A stretch of 63,245 nt of DNA, counting the filler, from Kipferlia bialata (Eukaryota): assembly GCA_003568945.1 (NCBI GenBank). It is 5 parts of 5 records of this genome, joined end to end, with 100 filler letters (N's around TTAATTAATTAA, not from the genome) between each part and the next. Parts side by side here need not be neighbours in the genome. Positions count along the whole stretch, not along the records: positions 1 to 11,080 come from BDIP01000456.1; positions 11,181 to 30,040 come from BDIP01000457.1; 3 more parts are not named here. One strand, written 5' to 3'. The notes under the pieces are model-generated. The model worked only from the letters and a program-made list of their open reading frames with translations. It was not told the origin of the DNA and searched no databases. The translations under genes and the position numbers were made by a program. Below are positions 1 through 12,214 of the stretch, piece by piece (within the stretch, counting starts at the first letter, position 1; every line of letters starts with the position of its first letter).

Positions 1-8
1 CCTCCTTC

Positions 9-40
<32 letters not shown>

Positions 41-65
41 TTCATCCTCTCCCCCTAACCACCAG

Positions 66-3000
66 AGCCGCTATGCGCATGTCCAGGAATGACCCCCAGA
101 TCCTCAACTGGAATGCAGATCTCTGCATGTTCTGGCGGAATAACAGTGTCCACGTGTCCACTTGGCCGAGAATAGGGGCTAGGTGTGGTAGCCAGCTGTC
201 ATATAGTATTAATCCTTGCGTACATATATATTGATAATGATTATATATATACATATGCGGGTTCCGTCTTATCATCAGGGATGTGGATCTCTACCAGCTG
301 TACAGGGCCATATCAAGTGAGGGCGGATTGAACAAGGTGAGATGGGGTCTCATGTCACCTCACAGGCCTATCCTATACCAACCTACTCAGCTCTACTGGT
401 TCATTGTCTGATGCTTCTCTGTAACCCGTAGGTGCTGCTAGACGGTGGCTTCCCCAGGATAGCCAGACAGCTGCGGTACAGTCATCCCGAGCACTGCCCA
501 GGTGAGAGGGCGCTGGTATTCATCTATCTGTGTGTGTGTATTCTGAGTATGCATCCAGCATATCTGACCCAAGGCCAGCTGATCCGCATCTGCTACGAGA
601 AGACCCTGTTTCTCTTCGAGCAGCAGGCCCTCTTCAGCCAAAGGGCCTCGCAGGAGCAGGTGGGTGGGTGACATGGATGTGTGGGGAAGGGTATGCGTCA
701 GATTCAGAGCGAAGTCTCAATACTGTTTAAGTGTCCTGCTGGTGTACTATTCAGCCACTATCATTGGTCCCACCCCAGATCCGGTATGTCAGGATGGTGT
801 GGCTCAAGTACCCAAGGGACTGGACCTCAGACACCCCCTCCGACCCCTCGGAGGCACAGGTGCGGCAGAAAACTCTGGAAGCAGTGCTAGAGTCAGTCGT
901 GGAGTGTATCTGTTGCGTATGGGTATATATTGATATATATATGTATATACTATTACTATTACTATGACTGTTCCCCCTAACTATCCTAGGCCATCCGTGA
1001 ACTTGCATCCACGGCCCCTTTCAACGACCACCGTGCCACCCCCGTGCCCACCCATGTACTGAGTGAGGAGGCAGCCCAGGTGGGGGCATGGCAGATAACA
1101 GATATCAGTACATCAGATATCAATGAAACGGACAGCGGGTGTTGGATGTATACCATTCTCGTCTCACGCCAGACCCGTGATGTCCTTGCGCCCTCCCAGC
1201 TGAGGACAGTGATGGACCAGTGTCAGACGGCAGTGGCCTGTGGCAGCCTGAGGGGACAGGTATGATATCTATATATATATATTCCATATGTGGGAGTGTG
1301 TGTTATAGCTACATTAGCCCTGTGTATCTAGAGAGTGTCTCGCCCACCCCAGGCCGACGTGACCTCTGCGCTAGACAGGGTCGAGGCCTGGTTGGCCGGG
1401 GGTGCCGCCCGTGCCCACCCCTCCACCCTCCGGAGGGATGTGCTGCCAGACAGTGTGGACGTCACCATCAGGTGAGGGGCAGCGGGGTGGTAGTTGCCCA
1501 TTGGCTGGTGTGTATCTCATCAGTCATCTCTACTCAATGCAGAAAGGGTCCAGGGCGGAGACCAAAGGGTGCTAGCAAGTTTGCCACAATTCCTCCCATT
1601 GCGCCAGTCCCAGCCGTTGGTCCCCATCTACCAGGTGCCATATGTGTGTATACCGTGATGTGTATATATACCGTGTGTATATCACGTATATGTACCATTG
1701 CCTGCCTCCTCCCTCATTGGACACATCTTCTACCCACCAAACCTAACCTTACCTTACCTTACCTTACCGTACCGTACCTTACCTTACCTTACCTTACCTT
1801 CAGCGGATGGGTTGACGGGTACAGCTGGGCTGGGCTCCCTTGGCGTGGCTCTCCTCAAGGAGGCCGTGTCCTGGGTGGCCGATGCCTCGGACGCCCCTCC
1901 CCTCTCCGTCCCCCCCGTCCCCCCTGTGCCCACAGCAGACAGGCACCGGTGGGTGGGGGACACACTGCTAAGAGTGGTCAGAGTGGCTGGGGCACTCGGC
2001 ACCGCCACCCAGGCAGCAGTAGGTGGGTGACCATGTGCGGGTAGTGTATGTATAGCGGGTAGTCACTGCAGTCTCAACCCACCCCTCTTATTACGATGAT
2101 GACCCACCCTCACTGTTAGTGAAGGATACCTCCCTAATCGGGGTTCTGTTCTCCCTGGCGTCTGGTATATCCCACCCTGCCATCCTGCAGCAGCGCACCC
2201 CGTGCTCCGTCTTCCCCCCCTCCCTCCCCCACTCCCTCCCCCCCTCTCTGGGTGAAGAGGCCGTCCTCGCCCTCATCCCCCTGGCCCCTGCCCCCATCCA
2301 CCTCGACTCCCTCCCTATCGACCCAGGTGAGTAGTAGTGGGGGATGGGTCACGTGGGTCTGTATGTGTTATCTTGCCCGATTGACCCTGTTTCACCTACA
2401 CTCTTTCCACTACACCGTCCCAATAGCCCCTTCACCCTAAGGAGTGGTCTTGAAGTCTCTACTGGCGCCCCCTTTCTCCCTTCCTAGAGTGTATCTACTG
2501 GCCCAGCTGCTGACCTCTACCCGTAACCTCCAAGCGTTGCAGATGGGCACCCGTCCGCATGTGGGTACATAGGTGTATAAACTTGGATGGATGCATTTTC
2601 TCACTCGCAGGATATGATTTCTGGGTTACGCTCTGTCCTCTCTCAGTGTGCCCCAGACTCTCTGTATGCCCAGCGTGCGTACCTAGACTGCAAACCAGGC
2701 CAGGGTGATGGGGATGGGGAGACCGCCCCTGCCGTCCCGCCTTTCCACCCCCCTGGCTATCCACCCCATGGCTCTGGGGCACCCTCCCGACTCAGCGTGC
2801 CCTGCCCCCCTCTACCCCTCTCCCAAAGGGTCCAGGCCGTCCTGTCCTCAGCTGGGCCCCTCAGGGAAGGGGTGGGACCGAATAGGGGCTGGGTCGGCCA
2901 CACGCGCACGGGTCTGGCCCACCTGCCAGTACCGCTCCACCCCCTAGCCTCGCACCTGGCCCTGTCCCGCCTAGCCATCCAGTGTATGCACGGCATGTGC

Positions 3001-3440
3001 CAAGATAACCAGGTGGGGGGGTGCATATGGATATGCGCATTTCAGATCTATCAATGTAGATGAGTGATGCATTCCACACTATCCTATGCTATCTGTGAGA
3101 TTTACAGGGTTCTCACAGCAGAGTCGGCGTATAGGCAACCGAGACACGTCTAGCATCTATGCCTCCCTTCTTGCCACTGACACCGTCCTAGTGGAACGGC
3201 TGACACGGTGTGTGGATATGGGGACAGACGCCATGGTGCCCACGCTCCACTCCGTCAGACACCTGTACCTGGCCGACATCCACCTGGGGCCCAAGGGGGG
3301 AGGGGTGGGGATGGGGGGGGCAACCTTCATCGCACCAGTTACATCCACCCGCACTAAGCTATGCTACTCCTCGCCTGACGCAGACCTCGCACAGCTGTTA
3401 CTGCCCTTGCGACAGGACGCGGCGCTCATGGTCGTACAGG

Positions 3441-3477
<37 letters not shown>

Positions 3478-3797
3478 ATAGGTATCAGGGGTAGCTGTCG
3501 TGATGTGGGAGTGTCTATGGGAGTGTTCCTAACATGCAGTCGCTCCGGCTGTGTGCTGTCGATGCCGTTCTGCTCCTGGGGGCACTCCGCAGGGTCACAG
3601 CCCTACCAACCAAGGTGAGCATTGCGTTATCTATTAGTGTGTATGGGTATGTGTGTGTCTCTATCTTGGGAACTGGTCCCTAACTGTAGGCCCTCCTCCT
3701 CCTCGTGTCTCTCTGGGAGGCAGGGGAGGCCGGTAAGGCAGGGGCCGGCGACGCAGTTGCTAGGGCCGCTAAGGTGGTTCTCGAGGACACACAATAG
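66..3797 (+). CDS. ARID/BRIGHT-domain protein, multi-exon, 5'-truncated (possible SWI/SNF-RSC ARID subunit)
   Basis: Exons 66-182, 279-336, 432-501 and 574-659 join in frame through GT-AG introns to give WNADLCMFWRNNSVHVSTWPRIGARDVDLYQLYRAISSEGGLNKVLLDGGFPRIARQLRYSHPEHCPGQLIRICYEKTLFLFE. This matches the ARID pattern (P-x-I-G-x-x-VDLYxLY...GG..V...IAxxL...LxxxYxKxLxxFE). Further exons run to ...AAKVVLEDTQ* (TAG 3795-3797). ARID call is by motif recognition; the subfamily is inference. Confidence 0.75.
1741..1800 (+). repeat. Pentamer microsatellite (ACCTT)n, 12 units with variants, at an intron 3' end
   Basis: ACCTA ACCTT x4 ACCGT x2 ACCTT x5, immediately before the CAG acceptor at 1801-1803. 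Confidence 0.95.
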
Positions 3798-3910
3798 ACC
3801 TCGCCGTCCATTGATTGATTGTGCAGGGAATTGAACCCTCTACTCGTTTGATGCTTCTTCAATTGCCTTCCATGATTCTGCATTGTCTGCTGCTTGGTGT
3901 AACAGTGTCC

Positions 3911-5182
3911 TAGCCACAGCTGATGTGTCCTGAGATTAATCTTAGTCTTATACCCATGTAGATCTGCTCATACCCTCGGGATATTGGAAGTTGCTCCACG
4001 TACCGTGAGTCCAAGTCTTCTTGTCTTGTGGGAGTATGCCTTGAGAAGGGGCATCACCAGACGCTGCAGGTAGGTGCGCTGGGGTTACCGGTATCATTGG
4101 TGGAGTATTGGGCCAGAGACTTGTCTACCCGGTGATGAGGTTATGAGATCAGTAGCATTTCAGTGTGTTAGCTGGTATTAGCCACCTGACAAACACTTGC
4201 TGTGACCTCAGGTTTTCCGGCATCAAGACATCTCTTGTTTGGCACTATAAGACCAGCTTCTCCCTGTTGTTACTCATCAATTACAAAGAGATACTACCAC
4301 GACACATGTCCTATATTCAGTCAGAGTATTTTGACTCATGGTACTGAGTGACTATGATATACGAAGTGGTATCACGACATTAGCTCTTCTGAGGATGCCC
4401 ACCTCCAGAATACCAGATCCAAACTCTTCCCTCATGTAGTTTCGACCGAATATCTCTGCAGTATGCCAGGCCCGGGCCATATTGGCCGTGGAAGCCAGAA
4501 GGACTATCGACCTGGCTAGCACTCCTTGGACACGGCCTGGGTCAGGGACTAGGACACACTATCATGGTGCATTGGTGGTGTCCTTACCTAGCTCTCCCCC
4601 TGTGTCGGACACGGCACTGGGCATCTGCACCTCTGTGCGGTGGGTGCCGTAGAGGGGACCCACTGTGCTCATTGTCTGTATCTGGTGGAGAGTGTCCCAT
4701 ATCTGAGAGCCCTGAGTTACCGCTATCAGTTGTCGAGCCCAACGTCGACCCTGCCGCTCCCATCTAACCCCGCACCCCAACACCACAGCCTCGAAGAGCA
4801 GCCCCGCCTACCGTGAGATAGGACGCAACGCTACTGTTATACACATGGATCAGGCCTATATGTACTGCCACATGACATATTGGACCTTGTTACAGTGTTG
4901 CATTGTTATAGTGGTAGTGGTAGACGTCTGCTCTCCCACCTGCCTTGCTGCCTGGTCGTACCTCCCATGCAGGGTAGATATGCAGTTGTCTGATCCTGTA
5001 AGATAGTCCCGGCTTAACCCTGTGTAGGAGTAACATGTGGGAGCATGGTACTTAGGTGGAGAGTTCCCACCGAAATCATAGCTCTTGTGGTGGTTACTAT
5101 GATAACATGCACCGATACCTGAATGGTCCATATTGCCACAGACAATGGCTGTCATGATAATGAGTTGCAGTCTGGGTGGCAT
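3911..5182 (-). CDS. Hypothetical multi-exon protein (may be continuous with the 5531-8776 gene)
   Basis: Spliceable minus-strand segments such as GSQIWDTLHQ...DTGGEL|GRVQGVLARSIVLLASTANMARAWHTAEIFGRNYMREEFGSGILE with GT donors and a CTGACCCAG acceptor. No recognisable family; ends uncertain. Confidence 0.3.
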
Positions 5183-5530
5183 CAGAAGCTGGTCAGCACC
5201 ACATCGATAGATACAGTCGGAGAGGAGGATGCCGGCCTGGGAGGAAGCGCACTCCTAAAGAGCGTATTTATATGTGGAGAGTAATCCTCTGATTGAAGAT
5301 ATTGGCGATCGTAGCTGTCACATGCTACTTTGGGTCACTATGCTCATGATTCTCTTACCTGCAGCGAGTCGAGTGTGTGTACTGTGTTGTGAAAGGGGAC
5401 ACTTCGGTGGAACCTGAGTGTCACTCTTAGTCTAGATACTATCTCCTCCTACAATTGATTTATGAAGCACTCGCTGTCGGTTACACAAGACTTGTGATGT
5501 ATATGATTGCATCTACTATCATTTACCCCA

Positions 5531-8500
5531 CTAAGTCCTTGTTGCGTACCTATATATGGTAAATAGTGTCTTCATTAGGCTGCGCAGCTGTATATGCACG
5601 TTTGCAGTGGCTGTCTGGTATGTTCTTGCGTGCACATATAGCCACCTGGTGGTCAGAGCTCTCTTTGAGAGAACTATATCAGGGTGATGTTTGGAAATTG
5701 AAGTCTTGGAAATGGACACCATCGGTGACAAAACAGTACCCGAAAGCAAACTCGCCAAACTTGGCTTGGAATGTGTGTGCATCAAAGCGTGGGTCTGCAA
5801 CTGCCTGTTGTAGTAGCGCTTGGGCCTCTCTATTGGCTGTCGGTTAGTCCATATGCGCTTCGGATTTCCACCAGGTGTCCCTAGGCGTACAATTACTGTC
5901 AAATTCCACACATAGTACTGATAGAACATACCATGGAGACAGTGGTATGCCACGAGGAGAGAGTCCACACATTGCTCACAGGTGACTGTCAGTGGTACAC
6001 TGTGTCTGATCTCTGGCAGTGTGACAGGCACTACCCTCACTGCACCTGACTTGTCTACAATGTCATGTATGGTCATACACTCCCTAGTCACACACTGTCT
6101 CTTGTGACTCATAGCATGCCGGCCATTAGGGCTCGAAAGACAGCCGGTATAGATGTCTGCAGAGCTGGGAACGGAGACGTCGGACTCCCCATCCCTTTGA
6201 CACTCCACCGTATATATAGGGGCTATGTCCCCACACCGGCGTCCATCTGAGGTGACGGATAGACGTGGAATACGCTCCTCATAGCCGCATACGATATATC
6301 CGTCTCCGTCCGAGGTTGGTCCACAATATGAACTGGTAGGTAAGTAACGTCATATGGTGAGATCTCGATAGCTGAGTGCACTGCATACTCTATAACCATA
6401 CCCAACAGACCGCATGAGGTGATACCGATCTGATGTCCTTGGGCAGCGGTGCCGACACTCCACCTATAGTCATGCGACGCAGGAAAGGATGTCATACACC
6501 GACTAGTATCCGTCATCGACGATGAAACGCTATTACATTGAATGCTCTGAACAGAGTCTTTAGCGGATGTTCATGACCACTCATTATCCTACCTTATAGA
6601 CTGGGGACGCTGACCTCACACTCTTTATGGCAGCATAGACCTACCGTAAGAGAAAAGGACGCTTATAGTCACCCATCAACACCTGTCAAGACTGTATCGT
6701 ATAGTATCGTTACTGACACTCTAAGTTGCCCCTGCCATACCTTAGGGACGTCGTCAGGATGAATGCGGCCTGGGAATGCCGAGTTCTCCTGCGTCACCTG
6801 TAGGTCATTGCCGGCGCCGTATATGTTCAACCAGCTCTGAAGCAGATACACTCTGCACTTGATCTCAGTCAGTCGCTTAGGGTCTGGTGTCAGAGTGTGA
6901 AGAACTCTCAATGAGAATGTGACTCATGAGATGATCATATCGGTTCTGCCAAATGATATCAGTACCTATAGGTATCACAAGCATCCACGATAGCCGCAAG
7001 GGCCTCACATTGTTTGTATGTGTGAATGTTGAACTTGATGTCTCTTGCACATGGTCTGGCACTATCAGACGGGCAGATGGGGACACCTCAGATAGGTCAG
7101 TACTGCTGTGGCTGCTAAAGCTGTGTGACACACCACCACCTGCGGTCTGGAGTGATGTATCTGCAGATGCCTCGAGCTCTGTTTGGGTCATCTCCGAGCA
7201 GTCCCGACCCTGTGGCGAGATGGCCTCTTGGTGCCCTCCCTCCACTGCTGTCACCAGAGAGTGTCCGGCTAGCCACTCAGTCATCTGGACACTGGCCCCA
7301 CTCTCCTGCTCTGTATACAGGGTGTGAGATATCACAGAGGACGTCAGTGTCCTCAGTCTGTGTTGAAGGGAACTGAAGGCCGGATCCCTCGCGAGGGCCT
7401 AAGGTTAATACTAACACACTGGAAAGCCTCAATATTCGTTAGCACTACCACAATATAGCATGTCACAACACCACCTGAAGTACTTGAATGAGGTCATCGG
7501 CGCTAGTGACCACCTGTCCTGGGAGCACCGCTGCCTGCTGGTGCCACGGATAGGACACCGTGCCCTTGAGGGTGTCAGTCATACCCCAGGTGGCGTTGTC
7601 GAGTAAGAACCCAGACCATCGTCCATTGTAGTGCGACGCTAGGTATGTCAGGACAGCAAACCAAGCATATCGTACTATGCTTACGACGAATGGTCCAACA
7701 CTGGGCCTATTTCCGACAGGATACGTCTTGTTCGTCAGCAGCAAATGTACAGTGAAATTGGTCAAGTGCCTCTCCTGCTGGTGGTGGTCCGGTGTGTACG
7801 TCACGAGGTTGGAGAGAGACGAGGGTATCTCAGAAGGGTCACATACGAGTCCCTCTCTCACTGTCTTATGAATGTCATGGACCACCTCTCTACGTGCCTG
7901 GCTTCAGACATGGGCATTCTAAGATAGCCGTATACTTACAGTCTTACAAGGTGCTACATACCTCAGAGTCATATGGGAGCTGCCTTCGTGCAAGTATGTA
8001 TCGATAGCTCTGCAGCCACAGAGAAGAAGTGATATCATCTGCGATGTCCCCTCCAGTGGAGTCGAAGAAGATGACAAGGCGTTGGTATATATGGGACAAC
8101 GATCCATAGGACAATATGGGAAGGGTAAGCGGAGTCAAACTTGGAACCAGCACCCCCACCACCACTGCCCCCTTGGGAGCCAGTCTGGCCACACTGCTCT
8201 GTACATGTAGCAGGAGGGATCCAGCGACAGCCACTGAAGATATCACACTCGTTAGGGTGTTCAATGTGAAGAATAGCTGGTCTTGTGATCGGAACATTGT
8301 GTAAATGGTGGTTCCTGGTTCCAGGCTTGTCCTCCTTGGTAACATACGGTGGACTAGAAGCAGTGTTTCCACAGGCACAACACCTACCACTGCCACTGAT
8401 GTCATTGGTATGCCTCTGTGACCTGAGCTGTATATATCAGACAGCACCGACAGGACCTTGAGGCACCACGAGGCCACCACCATTCTTCCTATCAGGGATG

Positions 8501-8776
8501 TGGGGAGACCAGTACTACCCCGGAGACCAGAAGTAAGTGTTGACTGTATGACCACATATTGAGGGGCATGGCTTACTAAGAGCATGATACAGTCGTCAAG
8601 GACCGAGTTAGTTGCGAGGTATACGGGGAGGCAAAGGAAAGACCAGGCCACGTACAGAGCAAGGACACGGGCAGGTGTCTGAAGGTGAAAACCCAGTCAC
8701 ACAGTGAAAGATACTGCTGGGTTGACATAGTATTGGCACTCACCAGGACGAGACGGTATGTGAGACTCTCCGACAT
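5531..8776 (-). CDS. Hypothetical multi-exon protein
   Basis: ORFs 8576-8776, 7944-8651, 7463-7885, 6877-7335, 6669-6911 and 6223-6516 can be chained through plausible GT-AG introns (e.g. ...PYDSE|ARREVVHDIHK...IQVLQ|ALARDPAF...VIPI|DPKRLTEIK...DVPK|VYAAIK). No family recognised; 3' end uncertain. Confidence 0.4.
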
Positions 8777-9977
8777 ATTGGCCGTCCACCCCGGAGTGAT
8801 GGAGAGATTTGAGGGGTCTACCGATTAACGGAGATAGTCTGACAGGATGAAACAGACAACTCCTCTAGGTTCAATGGAAATGGAAGTTGTGTGTATATCA
8901 TCGGCGGCATTGGCAGTATGAGGATATCTCTTTGCCATGTAAACCCTTCAGTGTTGAGGGTATCATGATCTTATTTACAGCATTTCAATTACTACTCAGA
9001 AGGTCTTCTTGCATCGTCAATGATCACTTGTGTAGATCCCCTATAACACGCCCTGGGCGCTCCACAACCTGCGGAGGGTGCATATCGGTATCAACTGAGG
9101 AATTCCCCAGGTTATGATGGTAGAGGGTATCAGACAGGGAGGGTAAGTGTAACAATTCTACCCTTGTACCAGTGTGAGTGGCACTCACTGAGTACAAGTC
9201 ACTAGCCTGCGCTTTCTGCGTCCACCCGTCCAACCCTGGACCCTCCAGGAGCACTAGCAACACTTGTGACCCAGGGACCGAGGAACACGGCCACCACCGG
9301 CACCCCCCCCCCATGACAATCATCATTCATCAATGTCCATGGAGACGAGGGGCTACTCGACAACACCCTCGTCCTCGGCGTCAACCACAAGCACATTGAC
9401 CGCGATAGACTACGAGGGGGCAGGGTCAGATTTACTGAGCACTGTACATAGTACCTGTAAACAAGGTGCCCTACAAGACTTGTGAAAGACACACCCTACT
9501 TCCCTGGCTCCACCTGTCCATAGAGTCGTGTTTTAACTGAAAACTTTTCAGACCCCACTTTCTGTGACAGACCGTCAGTCAGTATAGATCACCATGTACA
9601 TTGTACCGTGTATTCATGGTGAAATATTCTCTTGCCATACAGACTTGACGAAAGGCACCCGACTGACACCTAGAATAATCCAGATATTACCAGAGTCGAT
9701 CCCCCAAGCTCTTCATTCTGTAGGACGGCCCTAAAGTAGAACCTGCAGAATGTATATAGATCTAAATGAAACAAGGGTCCAGGTGTTTTTGTTGGCTTTG
9801 TTGGCACATGCTGCCAACGAGCTATTCATAGACATCGATTCGGTTGGACTGGAATAGTGCTTAGCTTTAGAAGAGTGCACCAGTCTTCCCCCTTAGAGTC
9901 CAGGGGGGCCGAGAGAGACACAACTTGGGGCTCTGTGTCTGTGAAGACAGAGAGTCGCCATTAGTGACTGAGAGACG

Positions 9978-10969
9978 ATGTCAGCAACAATCAATGCTGA
10001 GGAGCTGTGGCCGCTGACGGCTGCCAAGAGCTTCAAGTCGTTCACTGAGTCACAGCACCTGGATGACGGAGACTTCTGTGCGCATGTGGTGTTCATCCCC
10101 AACACGTCGTTTGCACAGCGGTCAGAGACCCTGGCCTACAAGAAGAAGCACGGGTGCTATGCCATGTTTGCGGCATACCCCGTCAACAGCAGCATGGCAG
10201 ACCTAGAGGTATGGGCTGTGCTTGGGGTTATACGTTCTGCTTGTGTGTGTATGTATGAGGGTCGTCGTCAAGCTCAATGTATGTGCAGGGGTGGTGGTGC
10301 GGTGTCACATACATACAGGGGTCATGTATATTATACGTAGTGAGCATAGTGAGTCCTGTGTGTCGTTACGGACGCAGCAGAGGGTCATTGGTATATATAG
10401 GCTGTGTTTCGGCGTTGGCTCTCTTCTTCTCTCGTACCCCGTCTTCCCTGACCTCAGGGTGCTCTGCAGCTAGGCTTTGATGGGTTCCTGCTGTCCATGG
10501 CCAAGTACGACTACGATAGACCCATCACTGACCTGCTGAACACCCTGGCTGACATCGCATCCCTCGGGAGGTGAGTGTAGGAGACTATATCATTGCTGTG
10601 CCCCTCCCCCCCTTGCCAACCTCAGACTCACCATCCTGGAGCACTGTGACTACAACCACATCAGACCCTGCCTCCCCTACGTCAACGGGTTCCTGCTCAG
10701 CAACCCCCTCTACGCACCCATCGGCGGAAGGTATGAGCCACCTCACTTCTGTCCCTTCCATGTGTCTATATATATATATGTGCATAGATATCATAGATAT
10801 CACAGATATCAATCGTATATGCCCAGGGATACTGTCTCTGCTCCTTGTATGCTACCCTCAGGCTTCTTCCCCGCAAGACCCGGCAGCTGGAGCCCGTGCT
10901 GAAGCTGCTGCAGCAGGAGACGCAGTCCCGACCCGACTTTGCTGTATTTGCTAGCCAGTACATCAGAGG
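9978..10969 (+). CDS. Hypothetical protein, 3'-truncated at contig end; weak resemblance to a TIM-barrel glycoside-hydrolase-like domain
   Basis: Four phase-consistent exons: MSATINAEE...MADLE|GALQLGFDGFLLSMAKYDY...SLGR|LTILEHCDYNHIRPCLPYVNGFLLSNPLYAPIGGR|LLPRKTRQLEPVLKLLQQETQSRPDFAVFASQYIR. Gene structure is well supported; the function is a guess from the GFDGFLL motif. Confidence 0.6.
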
Positions 10970-11080
10970 TACGGGTGTCCTGGCTCTCTCTCTCTCTCTA
11001 TGCATTGGTGTACTGGACTGCCCTGTGTATATTCTCCACTCCCCCCCCCCCCCCCCCCTTCCGGGGGGGGTTTTGTTTTT

Positions 11081-11180
11081 NNNNNNNNNNNNNNNNNNNN
11101 NNNNNNNNNNNNNNNNNNNNNNNNTTAATTAATTAANNNNNNNNNNNNNNNNNNNNNNNNNNNNNNNNNNNNNNNNNNNN
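11081..11180. other. Artificial contig-joining spacer
   Basis: 44 N + TTAATTAATTAA (stops in all six frames) + 44 N. Confidence 0.99.
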
Positions 11181-12214
11181 CTGCCGGTCTACTCCCAGGA
11201 GTGACGGGCCTGGTGCAATGTGGCTCTTGTCCCAGGGTCACACTGGCTGTGCCCGTGTCCAGACGTCAGCAGTGCTGACTCAGCACATGGTGGCGCTGTC
11301 GTCGGCTAACAACAAGCAGAGGATATTGTGTTACTCACAGCTTCTATCTTCTCTCTTATGATACTCACACTCAGGATGATGGCCAATGGAGCTATGTTCG
11401 GACTGAGAGGTATGTTGTGTGTACAAACGTGAATTCCATATTAATTTATACAAGAATTCTTTGTATACAATCATATGAGTACGTGTACATATTACTAATA
11501 CATGGGTGGATTGTATTCCCTTTCTAGCCTTTCTGCCCCCTCACTTCAGGTGCCGGGTTCTCTCTAAATATTCTCTTGACGGGATAACCATGGGATTGCT
11601 TAAAGTCCTTCACAGCCGTCTTTGAATTTGTATTTGGGAAGAATGGTCTCTCATGACAGAACATGACAGGGACAATGGGATGTAATTTACATCATGTAAA
11701 CACATAGACGCATAGAGACAGTCAAGAGTTGACTCAATCACAGGGAAAGAATGAATCTCAATCCCGGATTGAGTCAATCCGTAAGGATATATGTTGAATG
11801 GTCAAGTAGGGAAAACGAATTTGGGAATGTTGCCGATTGTTATAGAATTACTATGATTAGATCCAGACTTAGGGTCCCTAAGTTAGGGACGAGTGTGTGT
11901 GAGAAAGAGAGGAACGACGACGTAGTTCTCTGAGGGGATGAATAGATGAACTATAAAACAAATAATAGAAAATCCTTATTTGCAATAGCATTGCCATCCT
12001 AATACTATAGGACTGTACTAACTCCAATACTCACGGAACTGTCCTAAAAGTACTCTATTGGAAGCTTAATACAATGGGGGACATACTTGAGCTGCATTAT
12101 AGTGCGTATATGCAGTTGGACGTGCATAATACAACGTGTCGAGGTTATGCCAGGATCAATATGCTTCCAAGTTCTCAACTCCCAATACACACTACCCTCT
12201 CACTCGTGTGTACA

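Noticed and set aside
9100..9490. Coding-like GC-rich patch between divergent genes
   Set aside because: No consistent frame or recognisable motif; possibly a gene relic
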